Below, piece by piece: positions 8,322 to 17,400 of a stretch of 52,616 nucleotides of DNA. The notes under the pieces are model-generated. The model saw only the letters and a list, made by a program, of their open reading frames with translations, had not been told where the DNA came from and did no database searches. The DNA comes from a virus (Duplodnaviria; Caudoviricetes): positions 1 through 52,616 of the IMG/VR virus record IMGVR_UViG_3300034117_000572; one strand, written 5' to 3'. The stretch's first letter is position 1. Each line of letters opens with the position of its first letter. A program made the translations under genes and the position numbers.

Positions 8322-9242
8322 TTAAGGCCTTCTTGTTATAAACTCTGTATTCCCTTCTATGCAACCAGCTATCACTCCGCCTGATGCGGTTAAAGTATTA
8401 CTATCAGGTAAACTATTTGAAGTGACTCTTGAATATAACAATATTCCACTTAAACTGGCAAAGCTATTTGGTCCGCCTACACAATTTGTAAATGTTCCAG
8501 CTGCATTTCCATATAATCCAAAAGAATTACTTCCTGCTGTGCAATTTGTAAATACACCAGATAATATTGGTCCAATTCCTAATGAAGGATTACCAAAAGA
8601 GGAATCACCTGCTTTACAATTAATAAATGTTCCTGGTATAATAGCTGTACTAACTTTACCAAAAGAAAAATTTCCTCCTTCACAATTAATAAATGTTCCT
8701 GATAGAATAAAAACTCCATTAGACGAAAATGAATCTTGACCTCCTTTACAATTTTCAATAATTGTATTAGACCCTCCAAGAACACTGAAAGTTTTTTCAC
8801 CACAATCTACACCTTTTACGTATGTATCAAAAGTTAAAACAAAAATGGAGCCATTTGTATAACTTACACCATCAAAAGTATGGTTGAATATAATACTTCT
8901 ATTTCCATCTAAGGATACTAAATCAATATATGGAGCGTCCATAAGAAATTGACTTGTTCCAAAATCATAATTTCCTGGAGCTGCTATTACAGTGATTCGG
9001 TTTGTTGCACTTGGAGACATTGTTTGAGCCAAATTATAAGCTGCTTGTAATTCTGCTGCATTTTCTACATCTGTACCATTTGCTGCTACAAATACATAAT
9101 TTGTTCCTCCTATTCCTGCTGCTAAATTTGCAATGTCCTGAGCTGTTGTTTTAACTGTAGAACCTGATTGTACAATAGGAAGAGTTTCTGTTCCTGTTAA
9201 GGATGCAGCTGCTGTGAGCTGACTAATTTTTATGTTTGCCAT
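8322..9242 (-). CDS. Tail fibre/spike with beta-helix repeats
   Basis: N-terminal MANIKISQL...PIVQSG.TVK fibre motif; repeated GTFxNCxxGxxSFG units. Confidence 0.75.
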   Translation of the reverse strand: MANIKISQLTAAASLTGTETLPIVQSGSTVKTTAQDIANLAAGIGGTNYVFVAANGTDVENAAELQAAYNLAQTMSPSATNRITVIAAPGNYDFGTSQFLMDAPYIDLVSLDGNRSIIFNHTFDGVSYTNGSIFVLTFDTYVKGVDCGEKTFSVLGGSNTIIENCKGGQDSFSSNGVFILSGTFINCEGGNFSFGKVSTAIIPGTFINCKAGDSSFGNPSLGIGPILSGVFTNCTAGSNSFGLYGNAAGTFTNCVGGPNSFASLSGILLYSRVTSNSLPDSNTLTASGGVIAGCIEGNTEFITRRP

Positions 9243-9259
9243 TTTTATTTTGTTTTATA

Positions 9260-9487
9260 TTATTCTATAATTAAATTGTTATTATCTTCTGTCATGATGG
9301 AATCATAGTTTTCTGTTGATATAAAATTACCAGCTACATAATTACAACATTCCTTAGCATCTATTTCTTGCCAGTTACCCACCTTTGGTTTAAATGCTTG
9401 CACAATTAAACTACTTGATACAATACGTCCTGAACCATCAAAACGTACAAAAGCTTTAAGCTTATTATTGTTATTACTTCTTGCCAT
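9260..9487 (-). CDS. Small structural protein, paralog A (acidic TE-repeat tail)
   Basis: LKAFVRFDGSGRIV...KPKVG.W.EI...ECCN core shared with 9490-9699. Confidence 0.75.
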   Translation of the reverse strand: MARSNNNNKLKAFVRFDGSGRIVSSSLIVQAFKPKVGNWQEIDAKECCNYVAGNFISTENYDSIMTEDNNNLIIE

Positions 9488-9489
9488 GA

Positions 9490-9699
9490 TTATCTAGGTC
9501 CTGTGGTTGTTGTAGTAGTTGTTGGTGCAGCTGTAGTGGTGGTTGTTGTTGTTGGATTACAGCACTCATATGCTGGAATCTCTTTCCATTTTCCTACTTT
9601 TGGCTTATTTTTTCTAAGGATTAAGCTTCCTGCAACTATTCTGCCAGATCCATCGAATCTAACATAAGCCTTTAAAGGTCTTGAATTAATGCTTCCCAT
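9490..9699 (-). CDS. Small structural protein, paralog B (poly-Thr tail)
   Basis: Same core followed by CCNPTTTTTTTAAPTTTTTTTGPR. Confidence 0.75.
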   Translation of the reverse strand: MGSINSRPLKAYVRFDGSGRIVAGSLILRKNKPKVGKWKEIPAYECCNPTTTTTTTAAPTTTTTTTGPR

Positions 9700-9715
9700 T
9701 GTTTAAAATTTATGG

Positions 9716-10732
9716 TTAATAGTTTAGGTTATATTTTTCTTTTATTTCATTTAATTTAGTGGCATAAAACCACGTACAAAACTTTTTAGATGATTCATTA
9801 TTAAGAATCATATCTAAGTTAGGATCTTTTGTTGGATCTGTTCCCATGTGATATTTTCCTTTATAGAAAGCTGGGTAACCATTTCCTGTTTCAGAAACTA
9901 TTCCTGCATTATGAAAGATTGTGTGAGACTCTAGTTTTGTAATAGGGTCTGATGCCCATGCAAAATTTAATTCAGGAACCACTTTAGTTTCTCCATCTCT
10001 CAACCAAATGTTCCAAAGAACAGCCCACATATCAGCACACCAACTTTGAAAGCCTGTGTTCTCATCTTTAAAGAATTCTCTATTTACTTTCTGTAAATAT
10101 GTTCTTATAAGAATGCAATCATTCATCACCTTACTCCAGAAGTCACCATCTACATTCTTTAATAGATATTGTGCTCCTCCTGAATGATCATTATTAGATT
10201 CACATACTTCTCTACTGATTCCTATAACACTTGCTATTTCAGCAAGTATATCTCTATTCTTATATTCTTCTAGTTTTTCTGGTAACACTTGATTCACCTT
10301 ACTATCAAAATAATTAGCATTGATGTAGCTATTTGTATCTGATAGATAGTTTATGTCGTCTTCTAAGAATTGATCTACATTGAAATCTTTCATAAAAAGA
10401 ATATCAGAGTCACAATAGAATATTGCTTTCTCACTTAACTCTGGATGTTTCTTGAAATGTTTCCAAAGAACATATGGTCTAAGTATAGGAATATAGATTC
10501 CAATTAATCGATTCAAATTATCTTCATCAGCATAGTAATGAAACTCAGCTTCTGGATATAGGTCTTCGATTTGTTTCCATTTATCTCTATTCTCTCTTCC
10601 TTTAGGGGTGAAAATTAAATTAATTGCTTTATCAGAATGTCCTATCTCTTTAAGACTTTCCATCCAAAGATTTACTTGCCATGTATAATAGATGTCACTT
10701 GGACACGCTTGAACAAATTTTAAATCTTTCAT
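9716..10732 (-). CDS. Glycosyltransferase resembling plant peptide O-glycosyltransferases (HPAT GT95 / SERGT GT96)
   Basis: Ordered motifs YYTWQV, LRPY, CDSDIL (DxD), GGAQY, WCADMW and H-N parallel recalled HPAT/SERGT motifs YxxWQ, N(R/K)P, DxD-like, WxxEMY. Confidence 0.6.
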   Translation of the reverse strand: MKDLKFVQACPSDIYYTWQVNLWMESLKEIGHSDKAINLIFTPKGRENRDKWKQIEDLYPEAEFHYYADEDNLNRLIGIYIPILRPYVLWKHFKKHPELSEKAIFYCDSDILFMKDFNVDQFLEDDINYLSDTNSYINANYFDSKVNQVLPEKLEEYKNRDILAEIASVIGISREVCESNNDHSGGAQYLLKNVDGDFWSKVMNDCILIRTYLQKVNREFFKDENTGFQSWCADMWAVLWNIWLRDGETKVVPELNFAWASDPITKLESHTIFHNAGIVSETGNGYPAFYKGKYHMGTDPTKDPNLDMILNNESSKKFCTWFYATKLNEIKEKYNLNY

Positions 10733-10762
10733 AATGTAGTTGGTTTAATGTATAATTACTAT

Positions 10763-10930
10763 TTACGGTGTGGTAGTAGTAGTTGTTGTTGGTGCAATTG
10801 TAGTACTACTAGTTGTAGTGTACGTATTACCAGCACCTGTCACTTTGATAAGTTGCTCTAATTGTTTAGAAATTTGCCACAATAAGTTGTCTGTAGTACT
10901 CCAACCTATCTGTTTTGATGGTATTGCCAT
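10763..10930 (-). CDS. 55-aa protein with poly-Thr tail (not in ORF track)
   Basis: Own translation MAIPSKQIGWSTTDNLLWQISKQLEQLIKVTGAGNTYTTTSSTTIAPTTTTTTTP; lies directly after a promoter. Confidence 0.8.
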   Translation of the reverse strand: MAIPSKQIGWSTTDNLLWQISKQLEQLIKVTGAGNTYTTTSSTTIAPTTTTTTTP

Positions 10931-10949
10931 AATGTATATTTTTAAGTAT

Positions 10950-10980
10950 CAAAGATATAAGTTTTTAAACTTATTTACAA
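10950..10980 (-). promoter_or_regulatory. Bacteroidota sigma-A-like promoter
   Basis: TTG-N20-TATCTTTG upstream of ATG 10930. Confidence 0.65.
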
Positions 10981-11008
10981 TGAATGTTGTTAAATTAAAA
11001 TAATTGAT

Positions 11009-11233
11009 TTAGTTAAATCTTAGTATATGTAAAATAATTGAAGGGATTATAGTTGCTATTATGTCTTTATAATCAAATCCTTTGTACGTGATTTCATCTT
11101 TTATTTCTTTACCTAAAGCAAATAAAAAAACAATTGCCATACTATAATAATCATTAAAGAAGTATTGACTCAATATAAATATAAAGAATCCATAAATAAA
11201 ATGATTTGCTTTATCAATTGGTATTAACATCAT
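11009..11233 (-). CDS. Small membrane protein (VanZ-like DKxxH motif)
   Basis: DKANHF, hydrophobic helices, KE..D and D..DI motifs. Confidence 0.6.
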   Translation of the reverse strand: MMLIPIDKANHFIYGFFIFILSQYFFNDYYSMAIVFLFALGKEIKDEITYKGFDYKDIIATIIPSIILHILRFN

Positions 11234-11255
11234 TCTATTATTTGTTTTAAAAATG

Positions 11256-11396
11256 TTATCTACCTTGACCTACATTCTTCTTTTTGTAATTCTTAGAAGA
11301 TTTTAAGTTAGATGTTTGAGATTTAGCGTGCACATTAGGTCTGCTCACTTTAATTTTCACCTTCTTTTCTGAAGTGTTGTTGGTTTGTTTTGCCAT
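11256..11396 (-). CDS. Small basic protein, 46 aa (not in ORF track)
   Basis: Own translation MAKQTNNTSEKKVKIKVSRPNVHAKS...KNYKKKNVGQGR; GQGR end is recurrent in small basic phage proteins. Confidence 0.7.
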   Translation of the reverse strand: MAKQTNNTSEKKVKIKVSRPNVHAKSQTSNLKSSKNYKKKNVGQGR

Positions 11397-11397
11397 G

Positions 11398-11871
11398 TTA
11401 AAATAATTTATATTCCAAAATTACACTGTATCCTGGAGGATTGTTTGGTTGTACGAAATATTGAGCTCCTACATTAAATCTAACAAACTCTAACATGAGA
11501 TTTGTATATAAAGTGGGTTCTCTTAATGTAAATCTTGTTGATTGAGTACCAAGATATCCATGCACCTCAAAAGGTTTCTTATTCTTGATAATCTCTTTAT
11601 GAATATCAATCATACTCTTTTGATGGAATATGATTGAATCTTTTATATCTAGTTTGTTTTGGAATTCAATTTCCTTCTTCTGGAAGTTCTTGATTCTAAC
11701 TTCTTGTTCTTTAATCACTTGTTTAGCAAAATCATAACGTACAAGATCTGTAGCTACAGCTCTAGCTTGTGCTTCTGTTAGAACAACAACACTATCTTTC
11801 TGGATAACGGTCTGAGAAGAAACTTTGAAGCCCACTAATAGGAAGACTATCAATAACTTTAACTTGTACAT
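11398..11871 (-). CDS. Secreted coiled-coil protein with C-terminal beta strands; putative outer-membrane spanin component
   Basis: Signal peptide without lipobox Cys, coiled coil, amphipathic strands ending YSVILEYKLF; overlaps upstream gene by 80 nt. Confidence 0.5.
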   Translation of the reverse strand: MYKLKLLIVFLLVGFKVSSQTVIQKDSVVVLTEAQARAVATDLVRYDFAKQVIKEQEVRIKNFQKKEIEFQNKLDIKDSIIFHQKSMIDIHKEIIKNKKPFEVHGYLGTQSTRFTLREPTLYTNLMLEFVRFNVGAQYFVQPNNPPGYSVILEYKLF

Positions 11872-12115
11872 ATTCTTTTTGTTTGATGGTTTTGATTCTG
11901 CTTACGATCACTGTGTCTATTTTAGACAGACTATCTATCACTATAGAAGATCGATTGTCTTTTTGTTTAAGTTGAACTATCTTAGCTTCTAACTGTTTAG
12001 TTTGTTCTAACAATACATCAGTCTTATGTTGAGAGTGTAGTGTAAACAATAGCCAGATAACGGTGATGATCACCGCCAAGTACTGTTCTCTTAAATAATT
12101 TAGCACCTTTATCAT
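11792..12115 (-). CDS. Putative i-spanin-like protein
   Basis: N-terminal TM helix plus coiled coil, immediately downstream of the endolysin. Confidence 0.55.
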   Translation of the reverse strand: MIKVLNYLREQYLAVIITVIWLLFTLHSQHKTDVLLEQTKQLEAKIVQLKQKDNRSSIVIDSLSKIDTVIVSRIKTIKQKEYVQVKVIDSLPISGLQSFFSDRYPER

Positions 12116-12118
12116 TAC

Positions 12119-12586
12119 TTATTTGTATGGTACATAGCTTGTTTTACCACCTGACTTAACAGCTCTTAATATTTGTTTACGTTGCTTACCAGTTGATTTG
12201 TACGATACATGAACCCAATCAGGATTAACACTAGTTCCAAATTCCCAAATCAATTGATCAAAGACTAATTTGTCTTTTATAAAATCAAATATCATCTTGT
12301 TTGTAATTCCATTAGCACTACCATCCATATCAATATCAATTGCTTCACCTGAGCAATGTTGGCTGGTTGCACTACCTTTGATCACTTTATTCAAAGCATC
12401 ACTTCTGTAACCAGAAGATATGTGAATAGGTTTACCGAAGTGTTCTCTAATAGGTTGGAAAATATTTTCAGCTAACTTTTTAAAGTTTCCAATGTGTTCA
12501 GGAGTAGGCGTATTGCTTATTCCAAATCTTTTTGCAGTTTCACTTCTTATTACTTCTGCTAATGATAAGTTTTCTGATAATTGCAT
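12119..12586 (-). CDS. Endolysin, peptidase M15A-type Zn peptidase
   Basis: SGYRS, SQHxxGEAxD and WVHVS motifs. Confidence 0.9.
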   Translation of the reverse strand: MQLSENLSLAEVIRSETAKRFGISNTPTPEHIGNFKKLAENIFQPIREHFGKPIHISSGYRSDALNKVIKGSATSQHCSGEAIDIDMDGSANGITNKMIFDFIKDKLVFDQLIWEFGTSVNPDWVHVSYKSTGKQRKQILRAVKSGGKTSYVPYK

Positions 12587-12810
12587 TATTGTTTGTTTTT
12601 AGTGAATTTATCAATTGATGTAAGGCCCAGTGCACCGAATGCAAACAAAGCTACAGACTCTACAAGAATGTCTGAAGGCTTAACTGATTCATGACTGAAT
12701 GTGTTAGCAATTAAAGATGCTACAAGTGCAACAACACATAAAAGTCCTGCTACACGTTTAGATGATACTCTTTCAGTTTCATCACTTACTAGTTCTTTCC
12801 AAAATCCCAT
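12586..12810 (-). CDS. Putative holin
   Basis: SSKR motif, two hydrophobic helices, basic C-terminus, coupled to the endolysin. Confidence 0.65.
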   Translation of the reverse strand: MGFWKELVSDETERVSSKRVAGLLCVVALVASLIANTFSHESVKPSDILVESVALFAFGALGLTSIDKFTKNKQ

Positions 12811-12812
12811 AA

Positions 12813-13193
12813 TTAATTTATTGTGTCTTTGACGGTTATTGAATCTTTATTTGCACCAAGCACCTTATCAAAGAATGATCTTTTCTTAGGCATCTTGTAC
12901 TCATTTATTTTCTTGTTAGCTACTACTAAACAATCTTTTGTAATAGCTATCTCTTCTTTTAGATTAGAGTTTTCAGTTTTAAGATTAGAATTTTCTGATT
13001 TGAAAACATCTTTCTGATGGACAACTAGTTTAACATCATCTTCTAAACCTTCAGTTTTTATTAATAGACTCTCCATCTTCTCTATATCATTAGAGAATAT
13101 AGAATCTATTGTTACAGCTTCTTCTTTTTTAGTAACATTAGGTTTGTTGCACGATACTACTAATAGTATAAAAAGTATAAATATATTTCTCAT
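12813..13193 (-). CDS. Lipoprotein with coiled coil (o-spanin-like)
   Basis: MRNIFILFILLVVSC lipoprotein signal; heptad repeats. Confidence 0.6.
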   Translation of the reverse strand: MRNIFILFILLVVSCNKPNVTKKEEAVTIDSIFSNDIEKMESLLIKTEGLEDDVKLVVHQKDVFKSENSNLKTENSNLKEEIAITKDCLVVANKKINEYKMPKKRSFFDKVLGANKDSITVKDTIN

Positions 13194-13453
13194 TATTTCA
13201 ATCCTTTAATTTGATCTAACATTTCTAATTTTGCAGAAGCTCTTGCTAATGTACTATCAGACTTCTTAAGTCTTTCATCTAGTAAATCAACTTTTTTGTT
13301 TAACTGCTCAACATTAACTCCACAGTTCTCTATTTGAGAAGTGTAGTTCATCTTGTTGTCAACATATAAATATCCAACAGCAAGAATTACCAAAAACAAT
13401 AACCCTTTAACTGGGTCTTGAGAAAACTCTTTGAATGAAATAGGCATTTCCAT
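13193..13453 (-). CDS. Membrane-anchored coiled-coil protein (lysis cassette)
   Basis: One TM helix (GLLFLVILAVGYLYV) then coiled coil; TAATG-coupled to the lipoprotein. Confidence 0.6.
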   Translation of the reverse strand: MEMPISFKEFSQDPVKGLLFLVILAVGYLYVDNKMNYTSQIENCGVNVEQLNKKVDLLDERLKKSDSTLARASAKLEMLDQIKGLK

Positions 13454-13464
13454 AATTATTATTA

Positions 13465-13782
13465 TTATTTTATTTTACTATATACATTTGCAATGTATTG
13501 TACAGTAGCTGCTACAGCAACTATAATACCAATAGTCCAAGTAAATTTCTTTTTAAACTCTTCTTGTTTTTCAAGTTTGTCTTCAAGTTCTTTAATCTTG
13601 GTTTTAAGATCATCTATATCCTTAACAAACCCACCAGTTTTAGTTAAAGAATTACCAAGGATAGCATCTACCACTTGACTTAATTTAGTATCTATTGAGG
13701 TCATTTTTTCCTCAAGATCATATAGACGTTGATCCATGCTTTTTAATTCTTTTTCTACTTGTTGTTCAAATGATTGGGCCAT
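13465..13782 (-). CDS. Coiled-coil protein with C-terminal TM helix (XhlA-like topology)
   Basis: Likely start MAQSF at 13782; heptads then WTIGIIVAVAATVQYI. Confidence 0.6.
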   Translation of the reverse strand: MAQSFEQQVEKELKSMDQRLYDLEEKMTSIDTKLSQVVDAILGNSLTKTGGFVKDIDDLKTKIKELEDKLEKQEEFKKKFTWTIGIIVAVAATVQYIANVYSKIK

Positions 13783-13875
13783 GTGTGTAAAGATGTTATT
13801 ACATATATTATTATTTAAACGCAAAATACCCAGCTCTGAATGAGTGGGGTATTGTTGGTTGTATATAATTAAGAA

Positions 13876-13883
13876 CAAATATA
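13876..13883 (-). promoter_or_regulatory. -7 promoter element upstream of lysis cassette
   Basis: TATATTTG matches TAnnTTTG; no well-spaced -33 element seen. Confidence 0.4.
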
Positions 13884-13968
13884 GAATTTATATTTGACAA
13901 TATAAAATACAAAAATAATATTGTATGCATAATATAGCATAAGTTAAATATATTTTCAACTAATTATA

Positions 13969-14358
13969 TTAGTGAACAATTTTAAGAGTGTCTCCTGTAC
14001 GATATATTTTACCTGGAGATAATCCAGCTAATAATGCTGCTGCATTATTTGCATATTGAGGAGTGACTGTAGGAGCTGTTAATACAAGATTCCAATCAGA
14101 AGCTCCTGTACCTACAGATTTAGCAAAATATAAATTGGATGTAGCTGTATTTAAATAAAGCTGTCCTAAATATCTAGCAGGGGCAACAGGGTTTATTGTA
14201 CCAAATAATGGTATTAAGTTAGTATTTATTTTAGCTAATACAGATTCAAGATCCTCTAAAGGAGCAACATCTAGATTAGATAAATAAGGGCCATTGTATA
14301 TAATGCATAAAGCATTTTCATATGTGGCACACGTTGGGCAAATTGCAGCTGTTCTCAT
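13969..14358 (-). CDS. Structural/fibre-like protein
   Basis: CPTC, shared Y-x-GP-x-L...L..VL.KI module, C-terminal YANNAAA..AGL..G.IYRTG fibre-type motif. Confidence 0.65.
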   Translation of the reverse strand: MRTAAICPTCATYENALCIIYNGPYLSNLDVAPLEDLESVLAKINTNLIPLFGTINPVAPARYLGQLYLNTATSNLYFAKSVGTGASDWNLVLTAPTVTPQYANNAAALLAGLSPGKIYRTGDTLKIVH

Positions 14359-14432
14359 GTGAGCAAATTTATATATTAATTATGTGTTATAAAAGGATTT
14401 ATATTAAATATTTGATATAATATAGCGTTGTT

Positions 14433-17400
14433 TTATCTAATTCCATATTGTGATTGCATTTTTATACCAAGGTCTTTAGCTAGATCTGGATAGAACATTG
14501 GTAAATATCCAGCAGCTTGACTTGATATGGGAAATGACTTCATTAAATATTTAATAGGTGTTGCATCATCTTGTATTTCTTCATTGTCAGTAATTATACC
14601 ATAGTTTTCAGCAACAAAGTTTGTAAAAAACTTTCTATAATTTTCTAGAAGTCCTATAGAAGGAAATATACCACCCTTACCTCCAATTAAATCAATAGGA
14701 GTTGTAGGTTTGTAGAAATACATAAGTTCATCTGTTAGCTTATCTGTTGCTTTTAAAAGAAATTTATATTGATTTTTTACAATTGCTTCTTCATCATCAT
14801 CAGGAGCTACAGCTTTTAATGCAGCAAGTAAAGAAATTAAACTTAATAGAATAACTAAATCTACTGTTTGATTTTTAATGTTTTGATTTACAAGAGCAAT
14901 AAATTCATCTTCTGTCATATCAAGTGTTTTCCCTGTATTAGCTTTATACTCTTCTTGTTTTCTTTCATATAAAGCTCTAACTTGTTCCAACCATACATCA
15001 TTGTTACCACCAATTGCAGATTGTAAACTTTTAATTGATTTTAAAGTATCTTTAGTTAACATTCCAAATATCATTCTCATTCTTCCCCATTCATACGCAT
15101 CTGATGCAGCATTATATTTTATATCCCCAATACGAACATCCACAAGTCTAGGAATCCAGTTCTTAAATACCATCATTGATGATGCATAGACATTCATGTT
15201 GACAAGTCTTTTATTTTCTTCACTCATAGAACCTAAAGCATCTGCTGTAAAACTTTGAACAAGTCTTCTGAAATCTATTACTGAATCAGATTTTTTATCT
15301 ATACCAGGAATAACAAACTCACCATCTACTACTTCTCCAAGTTTTAATACACCTTGTGATTCTAATAACTCTTGTACATCTTTTTCAAACTTATCAGCTC
15401 TTGCTTTTCTTTCTTCCTGTGTTCCAGAATAAAAAGCTTTATACTCATCTGTGCTTCTTAGATATTCTCTTACATTAATTATTTTACCATCTTCAACAAT
15501 TGTATTTTTAAGAAATGTATAAAAGTTTAATGCTTGTACAGCCTCATCTCCATTTCTCATTAAGAACATTAAATAATCTTGTATAGCTTGTTCATCTATT
15601 TTATTTAATGAAAGTTTTCTTGCAGCGTTTCTATTATAACTTTCTACAAAAGGAACAAAGTAATCAAGAGCAGCTAATGCTTTTATACGATCTTCACCAC
15701 CTGTCATTTTACCTGCAAGCATCCAAGTTTGTGTTTTTAAGAAATCTGTTTTTGTAAAATACTTACCAGCATTAATTAATCCATTGGCTGTACCACCAAA
15801 TAAATTGGATAGAGCAGAAAGAGGATTAAGTCCTAATGTAGATATTTGAAACTGAGTATTGATTGCATCTAATAATTTATTTGCTGATAATTGTCTTTCT
15901 TCTAAGTCTTCTGGAAAGATCTTCATTCCTAATTTCTCATTAAGAGTTTTACCAAATCCAGATATTTTACCAAGAGCCATATCAAACACTTCACTTTGAA
16001 TATATTTTTGTTGATAGACAACAGACTTAATCATATCTTCTAGTAACTTAGAGTTTTCTAAATTGTTAGGGTTGAATCTTAAATCTCCGTTCTCTTCTAG
16101 TAAACTACCAAAAGTAGAAGTCATTATAGATTTTTTATTTCTTTCAATTCTTAACAATTGTAAACTTCTTTCTTCAATGTCAGAAAGATTCTTAAACTTA
16201 ATAGCATATTCATTATACAAAGCCATTGTTTTAAACAAGTCTGTTGAATATCCTTCTCCAAGATCTTTTGTAAAATACTTAGGTACAGAATTAATTAGTT
16301 CTCCTGTAATAGGATTGGTTTGACCATATCCAGCTTCTGCTTCATCCATTGATATATTTCTAAGAAACTGTTCACCAATACCTCTAGACTTACCATCAAA
16401 TACAAGTCCTTCTGTAAAGCCTTGTCTTATCCATGGAAGAAACTTTCTTGCAGCTTTACCATTTAAATATCCTACAGATTGAAAATATTTATTTCTTTCT
16501 ACAATATAATCATAGAATGCTTTTGCTGGAGCATTTTCTGGTTTAGTAAGTTCTTTCCATTCTACAGATTCCCATTTTTCTGTTTTTGGAAATTGTCTAA
16601 TTTGTTTATATATTAACCAACCATTAGAGTTTTTATTTGTAAGATCATACTTACTATAAACTTTAGCCATATCTCTTTTGATAGACGCTCTAACTTCTTC
16701 TTCTGTACCAACTCTAGGTTTTGATAATATATAATCTATTTCTTTTTCAGTTAATGCTTCTAAGTGCTCTCTATATAAATCTTGATTAACATTATCAAGT
16801 ATCCATGTAAAATCTTTCTTTGCTATTTTTGATTTTAATTCATCATAAAACTTTTTGTCGTACTGATCAATTAATTCATTCTTATCTTTCTTCATAAGAA
16901 TATCAAAATAGTTTTTTACAGAAAGACCTTTTGAAGAAGCCCACTTAGTATATTCATCTTTTAAAACATTCAATTTCTTTACTTGTTCTAAAGTTTCTAT
17001 ATTAGCTAATCCAAACGCTTTATTAGCAAGTTTATATAATGTTTGAATGTTTGCAACTTGTATTGTAGAAATACTAGAAAACCATTTAGTAATACCTTTC
17101 ACTACCTTCTCTGGTGTAGAACTAGTGTTGTTAAATTTCTCTCCAAAAGTTTCATCTAAGTCTTCAAGTTCAGATATAAAATCTTCAACTTTATCTCTTG
17201 TAGCTGCAAGTTCTAATTTTAGTTTATCATTTTCTTCTGTTTCATCAGTAAGTAATGTTCCTAGTTGTTTAAGATCTAAGTAAGGTTGCAATGCTTCAAG
17301 GTGAACTCTAATCATTCCTGCAAACGCATTGATTTTATCACCATCTATTGTTGAAGGATCTTGACCTTCAAAGTCAGCTTTGTATCTTTTTAATAACATT

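Noticed and set aside
9500-9553. Poly-Thr DNA as CRISPR array or microsatellite
   Set aside because: No repeat-spacer structure; mixed synonymous codons inside coding frames
10770-11003. + strand poly-Val ORFs (also 51132-51536)
   Set aside because: Reverse complement of poly-Thr codons; the real genes are on the minus strand
12955-12997. Imperfect 21-bp repeat (ENSNLK x2)
   Set aside because: Ordinary coiled-coil heptad duplication
13783-13878. Extended N-termini given by the ORF track (also at 2078, 3849, 5875, 7349, 8364, 41234)
   Set aside because: They overlap upstream genes or promoters; downstream ATGs with A-rich leaders or TAATG coupling are better starts
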